From: Candidatus Limnocylindrales bacterium
Lineage (GTDB): Bacteria; Verrucomicrobiota; Verrucomicrobiia; Limisphaerales; UBA11358
Direction: 5' to 3'
DNA: 64,000 nt
Assembly (NCBI GenBank): GCA_035604955.1
Contig: DATNHM010000017.1
Coordinates: 16,853 to 80,852, forward strand
Part shown: one piece after another, positions 44,744 to 55,000 of the stretch
Numbering within the stretch: position 1 is the first letter of the stretch
How the letters are laid out: each line of letters opens with the position of its first letter
Notes under the pieces: model-generated
What the model was told of the DNA's origin: nothing
Seen by the model: the letters and a program-made list of their open reading frames with translations, nothing else
Database searches by the model: none
Made by a program: the position numbers and the translations under genes

Positions 44744-47700
44744 TTACTTTACCACGTCCGAAAAGAAAGGCTTGTCACTACTTTTAGCGACATCCGCCGG
44801 AAGTGGATTGGCACCCGGTTCCGGCGTGGGCGGGTGGGTCGGGCCCGAATCCGGCTGGTCGGACGACACCGGCACGATGAATTGCACTTCGGTCCCCTGC
44901 CCGGGCGCACTCCGGATTTCACAGCGTCCGCCGATTTTTTCGAGGCGGCGGTGCATGTTCCTGAGTCCGTTGCCGGAGGCGGAGCGGCCGGGTTGGTGCA
45001 ACAATTCGCGCAGCAGCGGCTCCGGCACAAAGCCGCGTCCGTGGTCACGCACCCGCAGGGTAAAGGCGCGGGCATCGGTCGTGAGGGAAATGCTGACTTC
45101 CGAAGCGGCGGCATGTTTGACGACGTTGTGTAAAGCTTCCTTGAACGCCAGGAACAGATTGTGACGAACTTCCGCCGTGACCGGCCACGGCGGCAGTTGC
45201 ACGGGCAAATCCAGGCGGCAGCGGATGGCGAGGGGTTCGAGGAAATTCCGGGCGAATTTTCCGAGATAGTTGGCCAGGCTGTCGAGCGTGTCGTGCTCCG
45301 GGTTGACGGCCCAGACAATTTCGTCGAGCGCGCGGGTCAGCTCGCGGGTGGTGTCATAAATCCGGTTCAACTGGACCGCGGCCTGTTCCGGGTTCTGCAG
45401 TTCGCCCTGGACGGACTGGCTGAGCAACGAGATGCGCGTCAGGTTGGCGCCCAGATTGTCATGGATGTCCCGGGCAATGCGGGTGCGCTCGCGCTCAATC
45501 GCGCGCTGGCGTTCGAGGCGATCGAGTTTCCGGAGCATGCGCCGCCGGGCAATCCAGAATACACCACCGGTCAGCATCGCCGCCGCCGAGACGCCGGCCA
45601 CGACATAGAACCACCAGATCTGCCAAAAAAACGGATGCACGGTGAACGCCAGCACCGCGCTGGCCGTGCTCCAAATGCCGTCGCTGTTGCAAGCCATCAC
45701 TTCAAACCGATAGCGGCCCGGCGGGACGTAATTGTAAATAACCGCCCGCTTCGTCCCGGCGTCCGTCCACTCCTGGTCCGATCCCTGCAACCGGTATTTG
45801 AAGCTGACTTTTTCGGGCGCCACGAAGCTCAGGCCGGTATAGCGGAATTCCAACTGGTGCCGCCCGGGCGGAATCCGGAGGGCGCCGCCCGCGCGCCCGT
45901 TCCCTTCCACCGGCCGTCCATCCATGAGCACCTTTTCAATCAGCACCGGCGGCGGCAGTTGGTTGACTTTGATATGGTCCGGGTCTATGCCGACCGGACC
46001 CTTGCTGGTGGAAAACCACAGCCGGCCATCGCTGGTCCAGCAACTGGCAGGCTGGAAGCCGCCGGAACATTCCAGCGTGGGCATTCCGTCACCCGTTCCG
46101 TAAACCAGGGGGTGCACCGCCGGAATCTGCCCGTCGGCGCACTGGTTCAGTTCCTTTTTTTGTATGCGGAAGATGCCGCCGTGCGAGCTGACCCAAAAGT
46201 TGCCATGGTCGTCCTGTTCGATGGCACAAATGAAATTGTTCGGCAGACCTTGCTCCATTTGGACGGATGAAAAGCGCCCGTTTCGGAGCCGATCCAGGCC
46301 GCCGCCGTAAGTTCCGATCCACAGGGCGCCCTCCGTGTCCAAATGGAGAGACTGGACGAAATCGCTGGAAAGTCCGTCGGCTTTTCGGAATTGCTTTACG
46401 ACGCCGTGTTGCCACCGGCCCAGACCGCCGCCCATCATGCCAAACCACACTGTTCCATCCGGGGCTTCGGTAACGGTCCGGACATCGGGCAAGACCAGAT
46501 TTTGTTTCGCGCCGAAACTGGTGACCGCGCCGGCCTGATAGCGCATTAAACCGGTGTCGGTTCCAATCCAGGTCACGCCCTCGCGCTCCGGCAGGATGGC
46601 CAACACCGGCGCGGTAAAGTTTTCCAGACCGGGCGCGCGCGCGAACTGGTTGCTGTGTTGAAGAAACAGTCCGCCGCCCCAGGTCCCCGCCCAAAGCTGG
46701 TTCCCGCTGTCTTCGGAAACCGACCAGACGAATAAATTCAGCAGGCCACTATTGTCGCCAAAATGAGTCCACTCGCCATTTTGCAGGTGATACAGGCCGG
46801 CGCCCTCGGTGCCAATCCACATGGATCCGCGGCGGGAACAGGTGACGGAGAGCACGTTGGCGCCCTGCCAATCGTCCGGCGGGGTCAAGGTGGTGACGCG
46901 GCTGGGGCGCAGGGCCACCAATCCGCTGTTGCCGGTGCCCACCCACAAGGTGCCCTCGCGGTCCTCGCACAACGAGCGCACCCAGTTGTTCGGAAATCCG
47001 TGGGCGCGATCAAAATGAACCACGCCGCGGTGCGGAAAGATTAAAAAAAGTCCCTGCTGCAAGGTTCCCACCGCCAGGCCGCCTGACGCCATTTCCATCA
47101 TGGCGGTGACGGAACTTGGGCCCAGCGGGCTGGGGCCAAAGTCCTGGGTCCCGGTTCCCTCCCATTTCAGCACCCGGTCGCGTGTCATCATCCAAAGGCC
47201 GCCGTCAGCGCTGGAGCAAATCCACTCGATAAAATCCTGGGACTGCAGCCCCACCGGGATGGGAAGCAGACGGCCACGGTCAAGGGTATAAACCTCGCCG
47301 TCGCTAAAAACCCAGATCGTTCCTCGCGGACTTTGGGTCAGGGTCACGGCCGACACCGCGCCGCCGGTGTTGGCCATGGCGACCGCCTGGCCGTCCAGCG
47401 CCACCAGTTTGCCGCTCGGGTTCAGGAGCCAAACCATGCCCGAGGCGTCGGCGCCTATATTCTGAATTTTTCTGCTCTCCCACGGAGGATGGAAAGACAC
47501 CGAATAAAAATGTCCGTCCCGGTAACGGGTCAGCTCCCCGCTTTCACAACCAATCCACAAGTTTCCCTCGGCATCTTCAAACAGGCTGGTCACCCGGCTG
47601 CTGCGCATTTCCGGCGTGTTATTGTTGTCAAACACCGTAAACGCAACACCGTCGAATCGCGCGAGACCGTCGTAAGTTGCGAGCCAGAGATAGCCATCCC

Positions 47701-47863
47701 GGGTCTGAACCACCGTCTCCACGGCGTTGTCCGGCAAACCATTTTGCGTTTGCCACACGCGCATGAAATACTCGGGGAGGTTGGTGGTTTCTGCGTGAAC
47801 GGTCAGGCCGGCGCACTGGAGCAATCCAGCGGCAACTGCCGTTTGAACGGCCCGCCAGATCAA
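44744..47863 (-). CDS. Sensor histidine kinase with periplasmic two-component-regulator propeller repeats + Y_Y_Y domain, TM, HisKA_3 and HATPase_c
   Basis: Many Reg_prop-type repeats (GLPNN.V..I..D..G..W.GT..GL), then FKYRLQGSDQEWTDAG (Y_Y_Y), H-box ARDIHDNLGANLT and HATPase_c. The track ORF runs to 48472, but that part is repeat DNA. The proposed start is TTG 47863 ((M)IWRAVQTAVAAGLLQCAGLTVHA) and is uncertain. Confidence 0.8.
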   Translation of the reverse strand: MIWRAVQTAVAAGLLQCAGLTVHAETTNLPEYFMRVWQTQNGLPDNAVETVVQTRDGYLWLATYDGLARFDGVAFTVFDNNNTPEMRSSRVTSLFEDAEGNLWIGCESGELTRYRDGHFYSVSFHPPWESRKIQNIGADASGMVWLLNPSGKLVALDGQAVAMANTGGAVSAVTLTQSPRGTIWVFSDGEVYTLDRGRLLPIPVGLQSQDFIEWICSSADGGLWMMTRDRVLKWEGTGTQDFGPSPLGPSSVTAMMEMASGGLAVGTLQQGLFLIFPHRGVVHFDRAHGFPNNWVRSLCEDREGTLWVGTGNSGLVALRPSRVTTLTPPDDWQGANVLSVTCSRRGSMWIGTEGAGLYHLQNGEWTHFGDNSGLLNLFVWSVSEDSGNQLWAGTWGGGLFLQHSNQFARAPGLENFTAPVLAILPEREGVTWIGTDTGLMRYQAGAVTSFGAKQNLVLPDVRTVTEAPDGTVWFGMMGGGLGRWQHGVVKQFRKADGLSSDFVQSLHLDTEGALWIGTYGGGLDRLRNGRFSSVQMEQGLPNNFICAIEQDDHGNFWVSSHGGIFRIQKKELNQCADGQIPAVHPLVYGTGDGMPTLECSGGFQPASCWTSDGRLWFSTSKGPVGIDPDHIKVNQLPPPVLIEKVLMDGRPVEGNGRAGGALRIPPGRHQLEFRYTGLSFVAPEKVSFKYRLQGSDQEWTDAGTKRAVIYNYVPPGRYRFEVMACNSDGIWSTASAVLAFTVHPFFWQIWWFYVVAGVSAAAMLTGGVFWIARRRMLRKLDRLERQRAIERERTRIARDIHDNLGANLTRISLLSQSVQGELQNPEQAAVQLNRIYDTTRELTRALDEIVWAVNPEHDTLDSLANYLGKFARNFLEPLAIRCRLDLPVQLPPWPVTAEVRHNLFLAFKEALHNVVKHAAASEVSISLTTDARAFTLRVRDHGRGFVPEPLLRELLHQPGRSASGNGLRNMHRRLEKIGGRCEIRSAPGQGTEVQFIVPVSSDQPDSGPTHPPTPEPGANPLPADVAKSSDKPFFSDVVK

Positions 47864-48025
47864 CCATCGGTTCCCGGCCGGACCGGATGCCGGTTTGCGA
47901 GAGGATGGGTCCGCGGAGACTGTCTCAAAACTCAGTGTTGGCCTCCTCTCCCCGCGAGGAACGAGTGGGAAGAGGAATGAGGAAAGGGGAATTTCAAAAA
48001 AAGAGGCACCTCCTCGCCCCGGCCC

Positions 48026-48048
48026 TCTCCTCCATTTCATGGAAGAGA
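48026..48048. repeat. Hairpin element TCTCCTCCA-TTTCA-TGGAAGAGA (CCTCTCC/GGAGAGG word family)
   Basis: 9-bp arms with one mismatch, lying in an ~880-bp gene-free stretch. Confidence 0.6.
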
Positions 48049-48514
48049 GGGAGGAGATTGTTACATTGCTCAGTATTGAGACATTCTCCGCACCGGAATG
48101 GCTCGCCGATGAAAATGAAGAGCCAGGGAGGCTTGCCGACAAGGGCTTCAGGACTGGCCGGGATGCAAACATCGTCAAAACATTGCGGCGAGAACCGGCG
48201 GCGCGCAAGCTAATCCCATTCCGGGCAATGTCTGATTTGGGTTGTGGCGCCGGCGCTTCGCGCCGATTTATTTGAGCCACAGGCTCGACGCTGCACAACC
48301 CGGGACACTGCCCCGTTCTGTCATGCCGGACCGGACTGGCCGGGCGGCCGCGCCGGATTAAAAGTTCCGGCGCGGGGCACGAAATCACGAGCCCACCCAT
48401 TGCTGGGGCCGGATGGCCAACTAAAAAGACTGGTTCCTCGGCGTTTTCAGCGGGTGACAGGGGATGAAGCAATTTTCTTCAGGTGTGACCGCGAAATCAG
48501 TGAAGACGTCCGCC

Positions 48515-48549
48515 CTCACCCCGGCCCTCTCCCCCGGGGAGAGGGTGAG
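48515..48549. repeat. Hairpin element CTCACC..CCCTCTCCCC/GGGGAGAGGGTGAG
   Basis: Arms CCCTCTCCCC (48525-48534) and GGGGAGAGGG (48536-48545) are flanked by CTCACC/GGTGAG. Same word family as 48026-48048 and 48673-48687. Confidence 0.65.
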
Positions 48550-48672
48550 CCTCGGCGCGTCGCTGGATCATTTCAGCGATCTTCGTCGCCGGCTCCGATT
48601 CTGTGTTATTGGCCGTGAGAGGCACGACCCGCTGGCATATGGCATGACTCAAAACACGGCGAACGATTCTCC

Positions 48673-48687
48673 CTCTCCCGGGGAGAG
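48673..48687. repeat. Hairpin/palindrome CTCTCCC-G-GGGAGAG
   Basis: Perfect 7-nt arms. Third member of the local CCTCTCC/GGAGAGG family. Confidence 0.6.
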
Positions 48688-48740
48688 TAGCCCTGCTGGG
48701 TATTGCACAAAGGCGAATTCGCATAAAATTCAGCCAAAAA

Positions 48741-48977
48741 ATGAGAAAACAAAATAATGCTAAACCCTTGCCGGCGAGCATAAAAACGCTTGGCGACCTC
48801 ATTCATGTCAAACGGATGGAGAAAAACCTTACATCCGGCCACTTGGCGGCAAAAATGGGTATTACAGCAATTCTGGTTCGTTCATGGGAGGACGGCACCA
48901 AGCGACCCGACAACAGGCAGTTGGAGGTGTTGGTAAGGCTTTTGGGGCTTGATGCAGGCGATTGCCCTTTTAAATGA
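48741..48977 (+). CDS. Small XRE-like HTH protein (78 aa)
   Basis: ...IKTLGDLIHVKRMEKNLTSGHLAAKMGITAILVRSWEDGTKRP fits an HTH_3-like pattern. Paralogous to the next ORF. Confidence 0.6.
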   Translation: MRKQNNAKPLPASIKTLGDLIHVKRMEKNLTSGHLAAKMGITAILVRSWEDGTKRPDNRQLEVLVRLLGLDAGDCPFK

Positions 48978-49100
48978 TTAAAGGCTGTTTTTAATACGTT
49001 TTTTAGTACAGGAAGTTTGAATGGTGAGAATGGTCTGACCGCTTTGCAAAGCAGCCAGCAAACCGCTGTTTATTTATTCGGACCGAGTTTGCCGACTCCA

Positions 49101-49397
49101 ATGCGGCTTTTGGCGCATTGGATAATTACACAACGCACAATCCACGTGGTTTTGCCCAATAAACCCTCTGTTTTGAGACACGACAAACTTCGTCCAACAG
49201 CGATTAAAACCCTTGGGAGCCTGCTGGTGGCCCGCCTCAAAAAAGCTGGCCTGACCCAGCAAAAACTTGCCGAAATGACGGGCTTTCACCGGCAGTGGCT
49301 TGGGCGTTGGGAACGAGGCCGCGCCTTGCCTTCCCCGGCGGACTGGGACAAATTTCATGCGGTTTTGAGCCTTCCCTTGAACCCGACATTTCAGTAA
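49101..49397 (+). CDS. Small XRE-like HTH protein, tandem paralog
   Basis: Track ORF 49017..49397. AIKTLGSLLVARLKKAGLTQQKLAEMTGFHRQWLGRWERGRALP parallels the preceding protein. The start is uncertain (ATG 49101 proposed). Confidence 0.5.
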   Translation: MRLLAHWIITQRTIHVVLPNKPSVLRHDKLRPTAIKTLGSLLVARLKKAGLTQQKLAEMTGFHRQWLGRWERGRALPSPADWDKFHAVLSLPLNPTFQ

Positions 49398-49463
49398 CTC
49401 CAATGCGCACCCACGTTCGATAATTTAGTTGTCCGCTCGTGCTGCAATGGGATGTCAGACGGG

Positions 49464-51998
49464 TCAGTCCCTGACTTGCATCAGTTGTATCGCGGCGATA
49501 TTGACATAATTGTAATCGTCATCACTTCCGCCCGGCCAAGCGGTATATCTCTCGTTGCCCGCCAGATAACTCATATTGCGTGAATAAGGGTCTTCGAAAA
49601 CTCTAACCGCGTACGTTTCGCCAGCCATTAGGTGCGCCGGGACAACCGACGACCAGTCGAACCGTCGCCAATCGCCCGATTGCGGCATAAGCAGATAACC
49701 CATGGTAACAATGCCCTTTGAACCGGCCCGGCAAATATCCAGCCGCTTCACCGCGCAGGTAATGCCGGTGTTGACCGGACCGGCACCATTCGAAAATTTG
49801 ACGCGTACCAGATAATGTCCGCTCCGCCGGGCCGTGAAATCCGCCGTGAGTTCGTCGCCCGGTTTGCCCCAATTCTCGAAATGATTGCCTTCGACCAATT
49901 GACCACCCCGGTTTTGCATGTCTTTGGCCACGATCTCCCATTGGCTGTTCGTGTCCGCATAGAACCGGCTTTGAGTCAAATGCGAAGCATTGCCCGTTTT
50001 GGCGTCCAGCGTTTCAATGGCGTAGAAGTGAACCCGGTTTGTGTAGTCAGACGAATCCGGGTCGACCCAATCCGTCTCTTTGAGGCGTTTGGCGCAGAGG
50101 TGCCCATCGCGGTAGATGTTGAAAACGACATTTGTGGCGTCGGCCTCCCGATAATGCAGCATTAGCTTTCCATCTAGAACCGTGATTCCCCCCTGCCCAA
50201 CATCGTCCCATTGCGGCTCGACCGGGCCATGAATCGCGCTTGTATCGGGACCGGTCGCAACCAAGTGAAGAGACTCTTCACCGGAATTATCCTCCGGTTT
50301 TTCAAGATAAACGTCCCATTCATTGTGGTTCTGCAAAGACGTTGCGGCGATAAAGTCACTTCCTACTGGTTTTCCGTTCAACTCGATTTCACGGATGGGG
50401 CAAATCCCCTTACCGCGAAATCCAACCGGCGGCAGGTGAATACGGACGGAAATTGTCCGGCCGCGGTAGGAAAAATTCTTCAGCTCGATGACATCCGACG
50501 AATTAAATGTTTCATTGCAAAGATCGCCGGTAATGCAGGGCAGAAAGCGAATTCCATTCCAAGAGGTTTCCAGACCAAACACAACGTCCTGTATCATTGC
50601 CAGATAGCCAGCGACCGACCAAATTTGCCGGCATGAATCAACTACCGGCCCGCTAAGCACACCGTTTTTCACTTCCGTCTTACCGCTCGTGAAATCATAA
50701 TTCTCCATGTTCGACAAATTGAAGGCCGCACCGCGCGTCAGCGAATGGACGCCCGCGTTAATCACCGCCGGGTCGCCCGCCTTTCGCGCCGCCTCGATCC
50801 AGAAGGCGGTGACAAAAGGCCAAATCGCCTGGTTGTGGTAGATGGGAACCGTGGTTTCCTCCGGCCACACGACCGGCGGTCCATAAGGCCCGACCGGATA
50901 CCGGCGCAGAATGGATTCTGCCTGAGATTGGTCGGCCACGCCAGTCAGGATTGCCAGCGATTCGCCAAGCAAATCATAGCGGTGCACCCGGATGCCATAG
51001 GCTTCGTCGGTCAGCAGATAGGAGCTGTAAAGTCCCGCCTCGGCGTCGAAGAACCGGCGGTTGATTGCCACTTTAAGCTGCCGGGCCCAGGTTGCGTAGC
51101 GGACTTGATCCTCGCCCAATCCCAACCTGCCCGCGTACGCGGAAGTGGTCACCAGTGCAAAATAATCGGCGGCATTCACTGACAGCGCCTTGGACATCGC
51201 AATGGCCAAGACATTGGTCTTGGTCCAACCCGGATACGTCTGCTCGCGCCAGTCAAGAAATGATTGCTCGCCGCGGTATAGCCCGTCCTCCGGATCATAA
51301 ATCAACCGGCGATCCTGTTCAAGCGTGTCGTGCAGGATAGGGTAAACTTGCTCAAGAACTTCCTGCTGTTCAGCGGCGGACAAAAATTTCAGCAATTGAC
51401 TTGCGCCGAGCGCCCAAACCACCCGATCGCTTGACACCGGATAACTGCCACCCGAACCGGTATCCTGAACAATTTGGTTGGTGAATCCGCCGGTCACGGA
51501 TGGTTTAGTGACCGAGGTTTTGAACAGGAGCGAATTCAGCGCCCGTTGGGGATCAAACTGCGCCAGCGCCAGATATGTGGAATACGACAAATCCCGCGTC
51601 CAAACGTAAGTCCACAGTTCGCCCGTCTGGAACGCCTCCAGCTTGATTGGGTCGCCGTGGTTGTAGGCGCCGTCCTTTATTTGGGTGACCGAGTCCTGGA
51701 TCGCCTCCTGGACACCCAGCGCGTAAAGACCGTCAAACAATACGCTGCCTGTTCGGATACGGGCGCAACCTGGAAATTCGTGTATTACGACACTCTTGTC
51801 GGGTGGATCGGGATCGCGCAGTTCGGCGGTCGTTGTAAGCTCATACGTCCGCAGGATGCCTTCTTCTCCTATTGCCATCGTCGCCCGGGATGAGCCATTA
51901 ACCAGAGCTTCTTTCAGATTGCTTGGTGCTGCATCCGCGTGATGACAGATTACTGCGCAAAATATACCCGACCAAACCAAAGCTATAATATTTCTCAT
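49464..51998 (-). CDS. Secreted putative (alpha/alpha)6-barrel glycoside hydrolase (GH15/GH63/debranching-enzyme-like) with C-terminal CBM-like beta-sandwich
   Basis: Signal peptide. LWTYVWTRDLSYSTYLA resembles the GH15-type W.RD segment. The C-terminus NHFENWGKPGDELTADFTARRSGHYLVRVKFSNGAGP looks like a CBM6/35-type module. The family call is not secure. Confidence 0.45.
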   Translation of the reverse strand: MRNIIALVWSGIFCAVICHHADAAPSNLKEALVNGSSRATMAIGEEGILRTYELTTTAELRDPDPPDKSVVIHEFPGCARIRTGSVLFDGLYALGVQEAIQDSVTQIKDGAYNHGDPIKLEAFQTGELWTYVWTRDLSYSTYLALAQFDPQRALNSLLFKTSVTKPSVTGGFTNQIVQDTGSGGSYPVSSDRVVWALGASQLLKFLSAAEQQEVLEQVYPILHDTLEQDRRLIYDPEDGLYRGEQSFLDWREQTYPGWTKTNVLAIAMSKALSVNAADYFALVTTSAYAGRLGLGEDQVRYATWARQLKVAINRRFFDAEAGLYSSYLLTDEAYGIRVHRYDLLGESLAILTGVADQSQAESILRRYPVGPYGPPVVWPEETTVPIYHNQAIWPFVTAFWIEAARKAGDPAVINAGVHSLTRGAAFNLSNMENYDFTSGKTEVKNGVLSGPVVDSCRQIWSVAGYLAMIQDVVFGLETSWNGIRFLPCITGDLCNETFNSSDVIELKNFSYRGRTISVRIHLPPVGFRGKGICPIREIELNGKPVGSDFIAATSLQNHNEWDVYLEKPEDNSGEESLHLVATGPDTSAIHGPVEPQWDDVGQGGITVLDGKLMLHYREADATNVVFNIYRDGHLCAKRLKETDWVDPDSSDYTNRVHFYAIETLDAKTGNASHLTQSRFYADTNSQWEIVAKDMQNRGGQLVEGNHFENWGKPGDELTADFTARRSGHYLVRVKFSNGAGPVNTGITCAVKRLDICRAGSKGIVTMGYLLMPQSGDWRRFDWSSVVPAHLMAGETYAVRVFEDPYSRNMSYLAGNERYTAWPGGSDDDYNYVNIAAIQLMQVRD

Positions 51999-52031
51999 TT
52001 AGATACTGTACAGGGGTGGCTAAGAACCACT

Positions 52032-55000
52032 TTATGGTCCCAATAAAACCCGGTAGAACTCTGAGTTAAACTTGATGGCGTTAGTTTCCCACCACATAAA
52101 GGGCAACAACGGTGAATCCACGGTGGCCAGCAATGACCAGGATACGAGGTTTGTGGAAAACTGAATCGTGTAATCGGGGCCTACGTCACCGTTGACCCAA
52201 AACCCAAATTGGCCGTTGGTCATTAAAGCCGCAGTCAGCGCGGGGCGGACTGGCTGAATCACCGTCACCGTGAAATCCTGCGTGGCACTCATCACAGGCG
52301 TACCGTTGTCGGAGACAACCACGGCAACGGTCTGCGTGGAGGGTGATTGCGCAATAACCGGCCGCCAGGTGAACACGCCGCTATTTATGCCAATGGCTGC
52401 ATTAGTAGGAGCTGTGAGCAGGCTGAAGGTCAAGGTCTGCAGCGGAATGTCAGAGTCGCTAGCTGAATTAGTGACCACCAGTGCTACTCCTGCAACAATT
52501 GTCTGATTGGAGACAGCGGCGAGTGACGGGGCATTATTGACGCTCACATTATCGAAACCAGCCGTGCAGTTGGTTGCGTTGTTGTGCGCAGTAACGGCCA
52601 ACCCGGCCAACGCGCTGGCACCCATCGGAATAATTATGCCCGTGCCGATTTGCGTCCAGTTGCTTCCGTCAGAGGAATAGTAGCCACTAAACGAATTCGT
52701 GGCCGAACGCGCCAACCGCACCCAGCACGGTGCTGTCACGCCGGAGATAACCGTGCCCGTGGTGCCACCTCCGGCGGCTGTGCGGCTTTGAAGTTCCACC
52801 CCGTTCCCGACGGTCGCCACAACCGCTACATTCATCGCGCTGGCAGAGTTGTCATTACGAAACATCACCCCGGCCTTGGCCCATGGATCGGTGTTCTGCA
52901 CACTCACGACGCGGGCGCGCAATTCACAATTGGGGCCAGAAGATTGATAAACGTAACGAAACGCGTCTGCCGTGCCTTCGATGTCCGCGCCGGAACCTGT
53001 GACGGTAATCATGTCACCGGAGTAAGCAGCATCACCTGTCAGCCCCACTGCGCCGATATCCGCCGTCAGCCATGGAGCAGGCAGCGCATGATTGTTGAAG
53101 TTGAACTGGAACCAGTTCAGGTTGGAGGCTGCGTTTTTGAAAACGGCGAAAAGCTTATGAACTTCACTTGCGCCGCTAACCGTAGCCTTCACTATCTGCC
53201 AGACTTGCCATCCCCCTGTGTATCCAACCGGCACTGTTGCGATTAACGTCCCAGTTGGACTGTCGAGGTGGAATTCTATCGACCCATTGCTCAAAGCTGA
53301 GGCAACGCGCACCGAAACACTTGTCGGGCCGGTGCCAAAATCAATGTTGTTAAAGGTCACATAGCTGTCGCCATTTGTATTATTGACATCGCAGACATCG
53401 AGTCCGCCACCGGTGTCTGATGTCGCTTCCGTCCCGATGGCAGACATGGAGTCATAGTTCGCTGCACGAATCTGATTCGTGGCGCTGGTCGTGCCGTTGA
53501 TTTCCAGCCAGATCATGTCCCAATATTGAAGCTGCGGGACAATGAAATTAACGTAGTTGCCCCCTCCATCGCTGCCTGAAGTATAAGTGAGCTGCATAGC
53601 CACATCGAAGTTAGTGTCCGGCGTGGCACACCATAGCTTCCCACCGCCGATCGCGCCGGTGTAATACATTTTCACAGCCAAATTGCTGAGCGTCGGTGGT
53701 GCTGGGTCTGTTCCATTGTAATCATTCCATGCCGTGCTAGTGTTGTTAAGCAAGTTGACCAAGTGGAGGATGTTGTAGCCAAAAGTCTTCTTCGAAATAA
53801 TCCATACGGTGCCCGCGCTGCCATTGGTGCTGGTCGTCACCTCCGGGATAGTCGCAACATTGTTGGCACTGATTGTATCACCACGCAGCAAGTTTTCGTA
53901 CCCAACCAGAAAATCGTAGTAGGCACGCATCGCAGCCGTCAGCGAAGCGGTCATCACCACCTTGCTGTCGTTGGGAAAATAATCGTTGTTCAACATTTCG
54001 TTGCCATCTCCCAACTCAAGATGCGCGCCACCACAGGCAAACATTGCGGCGTCTGCCAATAACACACCCGGCTCATTAAAATAACCTGAATTCAACCCGG
54101 TATCCACGTAAGCGGGCATTACCAGTGCTTTGCTGCAATAGCTCCGCACATTGTTTACGCGCTGGTTGAACGAAATGTAATTGGGATTATTGCCCCACAG
54201 TTCTGAATAGATAAAGTCAACGTTCGCGCTTTGCGCCACCTGATTCTCACCGCCGGCGTCAACTGTGTTGAAGGTCATTCGCACGCCCAGTGCCGCTTTT
54301 GCGTTATTGATGTACTCGGGATTGTAATCTTCCAAGTTGAAGAAGGTGCCGTTGTAATCATACGCCGTGTCCTGGCCCACGCAGTCGATATGCCAGCCGT
54401 CAAAGGCGAAGTTGGTGAACACCGCCTGCTCGCGGCCGTAAATGTAATTTTGCCAGTTTGTGTCACGGTTGTTCATCTCGTAAAGGTTTGTTGTCGCCCA
54501 GGTGCTCGGCAGAGAATAACCGTATTGATTTCCGATGGTGGCTGGCGAGCTGGAGAAGATCCCCATCGGAAGCGTAACCCCGCTCCCGTCCGTCAGGTAG
54601 CCGGCCCACGCCATCCCATACGAATTGTAATTCATTGCCACCATATTGTAATAGTGGGCGGCCGCGATAAGATTGGTGACCGTGCTTCGATAAATCGTCC
54701 GGTTGGCGACATCCGGCCAGGTGGAACCGGGATTGTAGGGAAGGTGATGTTTCCACTGCCAGTCGTAGAACTGAACCCCGTTAATGTGGTAATTCTTCAA
54801 TTCCCACATGATATGGTATGTGTCCAATCCGGCGTCATAATGAGCTACGTAACCATAGCGTGGAAACTTTGACCAGTCGCTGGAGACATCGATGGCGGAG
54901 GATCCGCTGTCCACCTGGTTGCTGTTCGTGTCCACGATGCTGACTGAAATAAGGTATCCTTGGTAATCGGTCGGCGGCGGCGTCCAGGAAAATACTGCGG

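Noticed and set aside
39809-46270. Plus-strand ORFs 39809..40837, 40916..41749, 42374..43048 and 45161..46270
   Set aside because: Each is antisense to a gene with strong family signatures (MacB, MFP, YncE-like, HK). Their composition is typical of GC-rich shadow frames.
47864-48472. N-terminal ~200 codons of track ORF 44744..48472
   Set aside because: The translation is low-complexity and covers hairpin repeats. A signal-peptide-like segment begins at the TTG at 47863, immediately before the first propeller repeat. The long extension is an open-frame artefact.
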